This document shows, piece after piece, positions 1 through 7,986 of a stretch of 37,205 nucleotides of DNA; the first letter of the stretch is position 1; every line of letters begins with the position of its first letter. A model generated the notes under the pieces. The model was not told where the DNA came from. It was given only the letters and a program-made list of their open reading frames with translations, and did not search any database. A program made the position numbers and the translations under genes. Source of the stretch: a virus (Duplodnaviria > Caudoviricetes); IMG/VR virus record IMGVR_UViG_3300022179_000455, positions 1 through 37,205 of that record; one strand, given 5' to 3'.

Positions 1-590
1 AAAGGAAGCATACCAGTGAATTCTTTAGAACTAACATAGACGCCATCGCCACCCAGCGTAATAACGATAGCACCGATATTAAAATTACGACGAACAAGTT
101 CACATTCATCGAAATCTTGCCGACCTGCAAATTCGAAAAATTCTTTTTTATTCAATTTTATAATATCCGCGCCGATGTACCGATGCAGTTTTTTCTTAGG
201 ATCAACAATAACCTTCACGCCAGCTTTTTTAAAATTTTCGATAATAGTTTCTGAATGGTGCAAATAACCTTTGTTGTAATCGGAAATAACAAGCCAATCG
301 ATTCCAATCGGATTGTATTCTGTAAAGTCGTTTATCTCATAGGTTTCGTTATCGCTACGAAAAACAATTCTATTATCGACTACGTAGCGCGTCTTAGTCG
401 AACTACAACCACAGTCGAAATAAGGATCAGAACCCAATGATGTTAAATTGGCGATTACGTTCCAAGCACCACCAGCTCGTTTTACAACTTTATCTTCTTT
501 GAAAATAGGGATTGGCGTTTCTGGAGATATTTTAGTATATGAACCGTAAATATATTCGTCACTGATACCATCACCAATAACATAAATCAT
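1..590 (-). CDS. PfkB/ribokinase-family sugar kinase, HldE/RfaE domain I-like (heptose-7-phosphate kinase); runs off the window start
   Basis: Not in the ORF track. Manual translation from ATG at 590 gives MIYVIGDGISDEYIYGSYTKISPETPIPIF...RAGGAWNVIANL, matching the RfaE 'VIGD..LD.Y..G...RISPEAPVP...GGA.NVA.NL' signature. Later segments include VIVDPK, IIKLNKKE and IVITLGGDG. ATGA overlap with the upstream gene's stop. Confidence 0.85.
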   Translation of the reverse strand, partial: MIYVIGDGISDEYIYGSYTKISPETPIPIFKEDKVVKRAGGAWNVIANLTSLGSDPYFDCGCSSTKTRYVVDNRIVFRSDNETYEINDFTEYNPIGIDWLVISDYNKGYLHHSETIIENFKKAGVKVIVDPKKKLHRYIGADIIKLNKKEFFEFAGRQDFDECELVRRNFNIGAIVITLGGDGVYVSSKEFTGMLP

Positions 591-943
591 TTTTGAGAAT
601 CTCCAGGTAATACGCGATAATTATCTTCAGCCGAATCAGCAGTTGAAACTTCTACAATAACAGAATTATCTTCTAGAGCTACCAGCTGGTGCGGAAGCAA
701 CGGTGGGTTTCTCCAAGTGTCTCCTGGATTTAGGGCGATTTCTCGAACGTTCGCATCTGACGTATCGATTATTTTAAGAAGAAAAGCTCCGTTCAAAACA
801 ACCCACGTTTCGTCTTTTTCCTTGTGAAAATGCATACTCATCTTAGAGCCAGCTTTTTCAAATTGAAGAAACTTACCAGCGTAATGCTCGTTAGAAGCGA
901 AAATAGTTTCTTTACCCCAACCTTTTTCTACATCTGCACTCAT
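587..943 (-). CDS. Cupin-fold protein (mannose-6-phosphate isomerase / sugar isomerase-like)
   Basis: Motifs KGWGKE, SMHFHKEKDETW and PLLPHQL...VEVST...DNYRV. Strong RBS AAGGAGATATAAC precedes the ATG at 943, so the start is shorter than the ORF track's 961. Confidence 0.75.
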   Translation of the reverse strand: MSADVEKGWGKETIFASNEHYAGKFLQFEKAGSKMSMHFHKEKDETWVVLNGAFLLKIIDTSDANVREIALNPGDTWRNPPLLPHQLVALEDNSVIVEVSTADSAEDNYRVLPGDSQK

Positions 944-966
944 GTTATATCTCCTTTTCATATTCT

Positions 967-994
967 ATTATACTAGTATTTTCAAAAAAGTAAA
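967..994 (-). promoter_or_regulatory. Sigma70-like promoter TTTACT-N16-TATAAT driving the cupin/kinase operon
   Basis: Reverse complement reads TTTACT tttttgaaaatactag TATAAT. Same form as other early promoters in the window. Confidence 0.65.
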
Positions 995-1004
995 GCTCAA
1001 ATTT

Positions 1005-1012
1005 TATAAATA
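1005..1012 (+). promoter_or_regulatory. T4-type late promoter TATAAATA
   Basis: Exact gp55-dependent consensus, about 30 nt upstream of the tail-fibre gene. Confidence 0.8.
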
Positions 1013-1043
1013 ATCAAAATAACACCATTGGGGAAAGGGAACC

Positions 1044-2864
1044 ATGGCTGATAAAGATTTCGTCGTCAAGAACGGTCTTCGCACCGTTGGCAACACTATC
1101 GTTGCAAACTCTTCGCAGATATCTCTAAACTCGAATGTTGTCGTAGATAATTCGGCTTCTTTTACTGCCAATGGTAGTTCTGGGTCTGCTGGTCAATTAC
1201 TAGCCTCCAACGGCACTGGTATTTATTGGACCACTCCGACGACCCTTACTGTAAACCAAGCAGCTCAATATTCTTGGACAAATACTCATTCTTTTAGCAA
1301 CACTGTTACATTTAATGGAAACGCTGCTATCAGCACTCTTTCTGCGAATGGTGGGTTCGGTTCGGCTGGGCAAGTTTTAATTTCGGGCGGAACAAGTTCT
1401 AATGCTTATTGGGCTGCTACGCCAGTTAATGTTGCTGCTACATATAGCTGGACAAATGTTCATACATTTTCCAATACGCTCACAATAACAGGATCGGGCG
1501 GTAGGCTTTTTCTTGATGGTATTCCTATTACTGCTAACGGCAGCAATGGTACTTCTGGTCAGGTACTCGCTTCAAACGGTTCTACTGGTTCTCCTTATTG
1601 GGTTACTCCTGGTACTGGTACTGTTAGTCAGGTAAATACGGGTGTTGGTTTAACTGGCGGACCAGTTAGCACTACAGGAACGATTTCTGTAAATCCTAAT
1701 ACTGGTATCGTTGCAAATAGCACTGGCGTTTTCGTATCTAATACCTATGTTAATACTTCTTCAAATTTCACAGTAAACGGTCAGTTAACTTTTTCAAATG
1801 TAACGACGTTTAATTCTAACGCTGCTTTTGCTGCAATTTCAGCTAACGGTAGTTTTGGAACAGCGGGTCATGCTCTTTTCAGTGGTGGCGGTACAACAAA
1901 TAACTACTTCAGTAATGTTGTAACTTCCGTTTCTGTTACAGCTGGCCAGATAGCTGCAACATACAGTGGCGCTAATCCAACTCTTGGTCTAGCAACCACA
2001 GCCGTAACTGCTGGTTGTTACGCGGCTCCTACTCTTTACGTTGACTGCTATGGTAGAATTACAGCTGCAGCTAATGGTTCTGCAGGTAGCGGAACTGTTA
2101 CACAAGTTGATACAGGTGTTGGTCTTGTCGTAGCGGGTGGTGCGGACGCTAATACGATTTGCACCTCAGGAACAATATCCCTTGCTACAGCTGGTCCTGG
2201 CGCAGCAACTTATGGCGCTACGGGTGGTGGTGTTTCCTGTATCTGTGTTGATGCCTACGGTAGAATTGGCTCTATTACAACGCCAACATGCGGCTTCGCT
2301 ACTTGCGGTTATGTTAATGGACAAGGATTTGTTACAAGCGCAGTAACTTCTTTGTCTGGCGGAACTGGCGTGTCGGTTTCTGGCTCTACGGGTTCAGTAA
2401 CAGTTTGCATAGCGCAAGCAGTTGGCACAACTTCTAGTGTTCGTTTCGGTTCGTTTGGTGTCGGAACATCAGCAACAGGAACTACTGGCGAAATAGTTGC
2501 TACTGGAAACATTACTGCATACTATTCCGATAAAAGACTTAAAAAGTGCATCAATCCTATAGAAAACGCTCTTTGCAAAGTTACACAAATTTCTGGCGTA
2601 ACTTATCGTAGTAATGAAGTTGCAGAAAAATATGGTTATAAAGACGATGGCGAACAAGTTGGTGTTATTGCTCAAGAAGTTGATGCAGTACTACCGCATG
2701 CTGTTAAACCAGCACCATTTGATACTGAGTGGATTAATGGTGTTTCGAAATCTATTTCTGGCGAAAACTATAAAACTGTTCAATATGAAAAAATAGTTCC
2801 GTTGTTAATCGAAGCAATTAAAGAATTAACAGCTAGAGTTGAAGTATTAGAAAATAAGGGCTAA
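1044..2864 (+). CDS. Tail fibre protein with C-terminal intramolecular chaperone (peptidase S74) domain
   Basis: Gly/Ser/Thr/Asn-rich repeats (ANGS.G..GQ.L.S.G, YSWTN.H.FSN, VD.YGRI). S74 autocleavage motif 'ITAYY|SDKRLK', GVIAQEV, and C-terminal 'YEKIVPLLIEAIKEL' coiled coil. Confidence 0.85.
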   Translation: MADKDFVVKNGLRTVGNTIVANSSQISLNSNVVVDNSASFTANGSSGSAGQLLASNGTGIYWTTPTTLTVNQAAQYSWTNTHSFSNTVTFNGNAAISTLSANGGFGSAGQVLISGGTSSNAYWAATPVNVAATYSWTNVHTFSNTLTITGSGGRLFLDGIPITANGSNGTSGQVLASNGSTGSPYWVTPGTGTVSQVNTGVGLTGGPVSTTGTISVNPNTGIVANSTGVFVSNTYVNTSSNFTVNGQLTFSNVTTFNSNAAFAAISANGSFGTAGHALFSGGGTTNNYFSNVVTSVSVTAGQIAATYSGANPTLGLATTAVTAGCYAAPTLYVDCYGRITAAANGSAGSGTVTQVDTGVGLVVAGGADANTICTSGTISLATAGPGAATYGATGGGVSCICVDAYGRIGSITTPTCGFATCGYVNGQGFVTSAVTSLSGGTGVSVSGSTGSVTVCIAQAVGTTSSVRFGSFGVGTSATGTTGEIVATGNITAYYSDKRLKKCINPIENALCKVTQISGVTYRSNEVAEKYGYKDDGEQVGVIAQEVDAVLPHAVKPAPFDTEWINGVSKSISGENYKTVQYEKIVPLLIEAIKELTARVEVLENKG

Positions 2865-2866
2865 TT

Positions 2867-3571
2867 ATGGCGTATCCAGACAACTCAGCTCAATTTACAC
2901 CATCCAGTACGATTAGTTATAATAATATACGAAATATATTTTTTACTGGTTCTGGTGCGCTTTCAGCTTCCGATTTAACTGGTAAAGAACAGTGGTTTGA
3001 TGCTAGTAGCCTCGGATATGGAGTATTTGGTAAAATAGCTAGTTATAATTCTGGTAATTTAAATGACATAGCTTTATCTGATTGGAAAAGTGTTGCAGCC
3101 AAACCATTTTTTAGATATACTATTGGTAGTTGGACAGTAGATTCGTCTGTTGATGTTGGTTTGCCTTTCACACCTTCAAACGGCGAAACTTTGTATGGGT
3201 TTTCCAGTTATGGATATAAATCTGATACATTTGCACCATTATCTTTTGGTAGTATAAGCAGTCCAACGGGGTTTATTAATTCTGGTACAGTATACTGCGA
3301 AGTTAGACAAATAATTTATAGAACGGCATTTGGAACGCTCTATATAAGGCTTTCTGATATGTTAAATTCTACAGTTCCTTCCTCCAGTCTTTTAAATAGT
3401 ATGCGTTGGTATACTAGTAGTGGCGGTAGCGGTACTATGTACACTATGACTCCAATATCAACCACCTCAGATATTGCTTTTGAAAAAACAAGAATTTATG
3501 CATTCGGCGGTGATATAAGCGGTATTCACGGTACATCTGGTAACAAGTCAATTTTGATTTATAGCGCGTAA
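2867..3571 (+). CDS. Hypothetical virion protein, possibly the tail-fibre tip / receptor-binding partner
   Basis: 234-aa Ser/Gly/aromatic-rich, AT-rich ORF between the fibre and gp13. The role is inferred from position only. Confidence 0.5.
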   Translation: MAYPDNSAQFTPSSTISYNNIRNIFFTGSGALSASDLTGKEQWFDASSLGYGVFGKIASYNSGNLNDIALSDWKSVAAKPFFRYTIGSWTVDSSVDVGLPFTPSNGETLYGFSSYGYKSDTFAPLSFGSISSPTGFINSGTVYCEVRQIIYRTAFGTLYIRLSDMLNSTVPSSSLLNSMRWYTSSGGSGTMYTMTPISTTSDIAFEKTRIYAFGGDISGIHGTSGNKSILIYSA

Positions 3572-3583
3572 TAAGGAATTTCA

Positions 3584-4324
3584 ATGTCAGTACCTTCATC
3601 AAGAGCCGAGTTTAAAGAATATATTCTTCGCAGACTTGGTAAACCAGTTATCGAGATCAACGTAGACGATGATCAAGTCGATGACCGTATCGACGAGGCA
3701 CTGAAGTATTACTACGATTACCATTTCGATGGCACCGAAAAGATTTTTTATAAGCATGTTGTGACAGAAACTGATATTGATAACAAGTATATTACGCTAC
3801 CTGAAAATGTAATTGGCGCTGTAAACCTATTTCCGATCGGTCAGGGTCTTAACACCAACAACTTGTTTAACATTCGTTATCAGATCGCATTGAACGATCT
3901 TTATACGCTGACATCGGTTTCAATGGTTCCTTACTATATGGCGCTAACGCATGTTCAGTTCCTTGAGCAGATGCTTGTTGGTCAGCAACCATTTCGTTAT
4001 AACAGACATGTAAATAAATTATATATCGACACTGATTGGAACCTTTTTAATATTGGCGACAGCATTCTTGTTGAAGCATATCAAATTGTTGATCCTGCCA
4101 CATTCAATGATGTGTGGAGCGATCGCTGGTTGATGCGCTACTGCTATTGCTTAGTTAAGATGCAGTGGGGTAATAACCTTAAAAAGTATCAGGGCATGCA
4201 GCTTCCTGGTGGGCTTACTTTCAACGGTCAACAAATTTATGACGAAGCGAACGAAGAAAAGGAAGAGTTAGAAAGAGAAATGATTTACAGCTATAGCTTG
4301 CCAGCTACAGATATGATTGGATAA
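3584..4324 (+). CDS. gp13: Neck protein gp13
   Basis: 'YILRRLGKPVIEINVDDDQ..DRIDEAL' and 'QWG.NL.KY.GMQLPGG.T.NGQ.IYDEA'. Synteny gp13-14-15-16-17. Confidence 0.93.
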   Translation: MSVPSSRAEFKEYILRRLGKPVIEINVDDDQVDDRIDEALKYYYDYHFDGTEKIFYKHVVTETDIDNKYITLPENVIGAVNLFPIGQGLNTNNLFNIRYQIALNDLYTLTSVSMVPYYMALTHVQFLEQMLVGQQPFRYNRHVNKLYIDTDWNLFNIGDSILVEAYQIVDPATFNDVWSDRWLMRYCYCLVKMQWGNNLKKYQGMQLPGGLTFNGQQIYDEANEEKEELEREMIYSYSLPATDMIG

Positions 4325-4326
4325 CA

Positions 4327-5049
4327 ATGGCAACGAATTTTTACTTCAATAATTTTTCTAGTTTCCAAGAGCAGCTGCTACTTGAAAATTTAATTATTGA
4401 AGCTATCAAAATTTATGGCGAAGATATGTTTTACCTTCCAAGAAACATTAACAACTTGGACAAGGTATATACAGCTGACGACCAATCATCTTATACGCTC
4501 TCATTTCCGATTGAAATGTATATTAAATCGGTTGATGGGTTTTCTGGCGATGGTAACTTCATGTCGAAGTTTGGTCTTGAAATTCGCGACCAAGTTGTAT
4601 TTTCTGTAGCACAGCGCGTATTTAATGATGAAATTGGTAGTCAACTTTCGTTCTTGCGTCCGCGCGAGGGCGATATAATTTACTTCCCATTGAATAAAAA
4701 ATGTTTCCAAATTAAGTATGTAAACAAGCAAGAAATGTTCTATCAGCTGGGTGCATTGCAAACTTGGGAAATGACTTGCGAACTGTTTGAATATAGTAAT
4801 GAAGATTTCGACACTGGAATTCCTGAGATCGATTCTATTCAAACTCGTCTTAGCACTAATATTCTTGATCGTTCTATTACAGACGAAGATGGTTACTACC
4901 TGATGGATGAAAATGGTAACTATCTTGTTGAAGAAGGTTATAATTTAGAAACTATTACAGGTACTGGTGGTAACGACGCAATTCAAAATGAAACAGATGA
5001 CTTTGTAGATTTTTCTGTTTATGACCCATTCAGTGAAGGTAGAATTTAA
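4327..5049 (+). CDS. gp14: Neck protein gp14
   Basis: 'EQ.LLENLIIEAIKIYG.D..YLPR', 'FMSKFGLEIRD', 'RPREGD.IYFP', 'DFS..DPF'. Confidence 0.93.
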   Translation: MATNFYFNNFSSFQEQLLLENLIIEAIKIYGEDMFYLPRNINNLDKVYTADDQSSYTLSFPIEMYIKSVDGFSGDGNFMSKFGLEIRDQVVFSVAQRVFNDEIGSQLSFLRPREGDIIYFPLNKKCFQIKYVNKQEMFYQLGALQTWEMTCELFEYSNEDFDTGIPEIDSIQTRLSTNILDRSITDEDGYYLMDENGNYLVEEGYNLETITGTGGNDAIQNETDDFVDFSVYDPFSEGRI

Positions 5050-5885
5050 TGTTTAATCAATTATTTTATTTCCAAACGATTCGTAAATACGTTACATTGT
5101 TTGGCACTCTATTCAATGAAATTTCAATTACAAAAGAAAATTCCACAACTGGTAGATTAGAGCAGCTTATTCGTGTGCCTATTACATATGCACCAAAAGA
5201 AAAAATGCTAGCTCGTGTTCAAATGGACCCAAACATAGATCGTCCCTCTGCTACTGTGCCACTTCCTTACATGTCATTTGAGATGACTAATGTTGCATAT
5301 GACGGTGATAGAAAACTTAGAACTACTGGAAGAATAGCAGTAAAAGACACAGATAATGCTAACAAGTTAAAGTACCAATACAATCCTGTACCATACAACT
5401 TCGGATTTCGCCTCTATGTTTATGTAAAAAATGCTGAAGACGGCACTAAGATCGTCGAACAAATTTTGCCATACTTCACTCCAGATTTTACGGTATCGGT
5501 AAATTTGATTCCTGAGATGGATGTAACTATGGAAATTCCAGTAGTTATGAACAGCATTTATCAGGAAGATACATATGAAGGCGACTTTAGAGAACGTCGT
5601 GCGATTATTTGGACGCTAGATTTTACTCTGAAGGGTTACATTTACGGACCAATCAAGAAAAGCGCAATTATTAAATATGCTAACACTGTATTTTATGTAC
5701 CAGGAGCTACTACGAATATCGAAGACGCTCCAGGAGAAACACCATATCATCATTATACGGTAATCACTCCTGGCTTGTTAGCTAATGGTAGCCCAACATC
5801 AAATGGTGCGGCGTCTATTAGTCCGCTGCTTATAGAAGTAGATGATGATTTCGGATATGTAATTGAAACAACTTATGGCGTATAA
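5049..5885 (+). CDS. gp15: Tail sheath stabiliser / tail terminator gp15
   Basis: 'FY.QTIRKYV.LFGTLFN', 'VPITYAPKEK', 'PVPYN', 'IVEQILPYF.P', 'YEGDF..RR.IIWTLDF'. Confidence 0.93.
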   Translation: MFNQLFYFQTIRKYVTLFGTLFNEISITKENSTTGRLEQLIRVPITYAPKEKMLARVQMDPNIDRPSATVPLPYMSFEMTNVAYDGDRKLRTTGRIAVKDTDNANKLKYQYNPVPYNFGFRLYVYVKNAEDGTKIVEQILPYFTPDFTVSVNLIPEMDVTMEIPVVMNSIYQEDTYEGDFRERRAIIWTLDFTLKGYIYGPIKKSAIIKYANTVFYVPGATTNIEDAPGETPYHHYTVITPGLLANGSPTSNGAASISPLLIEVDDDFGYVIETTYGV

Positions 5886-6307
5886 TGGAAAAAAAGAAAC
5901 CCGACCCAATTAGTGATGCATTGAATTTAACACCGCTTACTACAACTGATTCTGTTAAGGCGATTGTAGCTCAGGCTCACGACAACAGTGCGAAAAACGA
6001 TTTCGAGTTAGCTCGTTCTAATATACACGAGGTAATTCAGAACGGCGTGTATGCGATGGAAAAATTATCGCAGATCGCCGACAGCAGTCAGCATCCCAGA
6101 GCTTTCGAAGTTTTAGCTAAACTCATGGATACGATGCTGCAAGCTAACAAGGATTTGATGGCACTACAGAAAGATATCCGCGAGATCGATGCGAAGGATA
6201 CACCAACCAACGATCAGGCTAAAACAGTGACAAATAATTTGTTCGTTGGCTCGACTGCCGATTTACAAAAAGTAATTGAGAACATGAAAAATGGTGGATC
6301 TAGCTAA
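5885..6307 (+). CDS. gp16: Terminase small subunit gp16
   Basis: 'HPRAFEV' and 'TNNLFVGSTADLQK' motifs. Directly upstream of gp17. Confidence 0.92.
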   Translation: MEKKKPDPISDALNLTPLTTTDSVKAIVAQAHDNSAKNDFELARSNIHEVIQNGVYAMEKLSQIADSSQHPRAFEVLAKLMDTMLQANKDLMALQKDIREIDAKDTPTNDQAKTVTNNLFVGSTADLQKVIENMKNGGSS

Positions 6308-7925
6308 TCTAAAAGGCTACAACGGCAATCTAAACCTAAAACGCTCGAACCAAAACATCGAGTGGACGCCAGACCTAGTTCAAGAATATATTAAATGCTC
6401 TCAGGATCCAGTGTACTTCACTGAGACCTATATGAAGATCATCAACATCGACCGTGGCTTAGTCAGCTTTAAGCTGTACGACTATCAGAAAGAAATGCTG
6501 AAGTCGATGCAGGAAAATCGCTTCAACATTATCGCTACAGCTCGTCAAGCAGGTAAGTCAACGGTAACTTGCGCCTTCGTCCTCTGGTACATTATTTTCC
6601 ACGGCGAAAAGACAGTAGCATTGCTGGCAAACAAGGGCGAAACTGCTCGTGAAATTCTTGGTCGTATTCAGCTAGCATACCAGCATCTGCCACGTTGGTT
6701 GCAGCAGGGCGTGAAAGAATGGAACAAAGGCTCAATGGAGCTGGAAAATAACAGCCGAGTTATCGCCGCTGCCACTAGCTCCGACGCCATTCGTGGTTAC
6801 TCTATCAACTTACTGTTCATCGACGAAGCTGCGTTTATTGAGAACTGGGATAGCTTTTTCACCTCTGTTTATCCTACGATTTCATCGGGTAAAGAGTCCA
6901 AAATTGTTCTTGTTTCAACACCAAACGGTCTAAACCACTTCTATGCTATCTGGCAAAATGCACAGGAAAAGCGCAACGGCTATGCACCGATTAAGGTAAT
7001 GTGGCACGATGTTCCAGGTCGAGACGAAAAGTGGAAGCAGGATACACTGTCCTCTATGAATTTCGATTTTGAAAAGTTCGAGCAGGAATATTGCGTCGAG
7101 TTCCTCGGTAGTTCTGGCACTCTTATCGCTGGCTGGAAGCTGAAAGAGTTGGTCCACAAAACACCGATGACTCATAAGGATGGTCTATCGCAGTATGTTC
7201 AACCGATTCCTGGTCACAGTTACGTATGTTTAGTCGACGTTTCGCGCGGTAAGGGTTTAGACTATTCTGCGTTTCATATTATAGATGTTACTCAAATGCC
7301 ATACGAGCAGGTTTGTGTCTACCGAAACAATATGGTAACACCGATTGACTACGCTGATGTTATTTTCAGAGTTTGTAAGGCGTATAACAATTCTTCGGTT
7401 ATGGTTGAAATCAATGATATCGGCGAACAAGTCGGTCATTCACTTCACTATGATTTTGAGTATGATAACGTATTGTTTACTGAAAGTGCTGGTCGTTCAG
7501 GTAAACGTATCACTTCTGGGTTTGGTGCAAATGTTGATAAGGGAATTCGTACTACTAAAACAGTCAAATCAGTCGGCTGTTCAATCTTAAAACTATTGAT
7601 CGAACAAAATCAGTTGATGGTAAACGACTTTCATACTATCGAAGAACTTGCGACTTTTTCCAGAAAGGGTCAAAGCTACGAGGCTGAGGAAGGGAAACAT
7701 GACGACCTTGTAATGGGGTTGGTCTTATTCGCTTGGCTTTCCGATCAGCAATATTTCAAAGATTATACGAACATAAATACACTGATGAAATTACGAGAAA
7801 AAACTGAAGACGAAATTATGAACGACCTTACGCCTTTTGGATTTGTCGATAGCGGCGATGAAATGGCAGACATGATGGTTAACGAACCACAGGTTGGTAA
7901 TTGGCTATTTAATGAAAAATTCTAA
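6291..7925 (+). CDS. gp17: Terminase large subunit gp17
   Basis: Walker A 'ARQAGKST', Walker B 'LLFIDEAAF', 'VSTPNG', nuclease 'VDVSRG..LDYSAF' and 'HDDLVM'. Confidence 0.97.
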   Translation: MVDLANLKGYNGNLNLKRSNQNIEWTPDLVQEYIKCSQDPVYFTETYMKIINIDRGLVSFKLYDYQKEMLKSMQENRFNIIATARQAGKSTVTCAFVLWYIIFHGEKTVALLANKGETAREILGRIQLAYQHLPRWLQQGVKEWNKGSMELENNSRVIAAATSSDAIRGYSINLLFIDEAAFIENWDSFFTSVYPTISSGKESKIVLVSTPNGLNHFYAIWQNAQEKRNGYAPIKVMWHDVPGRDEKWKQDTLSSMNFDFEKFEQEYCVEFLGSSGTLIAGWKLKELVHKTPMTHKDGLSQYVQPIPGHSYVCLVDVSRGKGLDYSAFHIIDVTQMPYEQVCVYRNNMVTPIDYADVIFRVCKAYNNSSVMVEINDIGEQVGHSLHYDFEYDNVLFTESAGRSGKRITSGFGANVDKGIRTTKTVKSVGCSILKLLIEQNQLMVNDFHTIEELATFSRKGQSYEAEEGKHDDLVMGLVLFAWLSDQQYFKDYTNINTLMKLREKTEDEIMNDLTPFGFVDSGDEMADMMVNEPQVGNWLFNEKF

Positions 7926-7938
7926 AAAAACAACAAAT

Positions 7939-7946
7939 TATAAATA
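7939..7946 (+). promoter_or_regulatory. T4-type late promoter TATAAATA
   Basis: Exact consensus upstream of gp18. Confidence 0.85.
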
Positions 7947-7986
7947 ATTTGATGAAATTACCTTTTTTCCATGGAAGGAGAAACCA

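Noticed and set aside
255-440. 61-aa plus-strand ORF in the track
   Set aside because: Antisense to the clearly recognisable HldE-like kinase gene.
1160-2300. Tail-fibre repeats as a diversity-generating retroelement TR/VR pair
   Set aside because: The repeats are in-frame protein modules diverged at all bases rather than only at adenines, and no reverse transcriptase is present in the window.
7961-7980. Possible SD-sequestering hairpin upstream of gp18
   Set aside because: The loop is too short and the stem relies on several G-U pairs, so there is not enough support.
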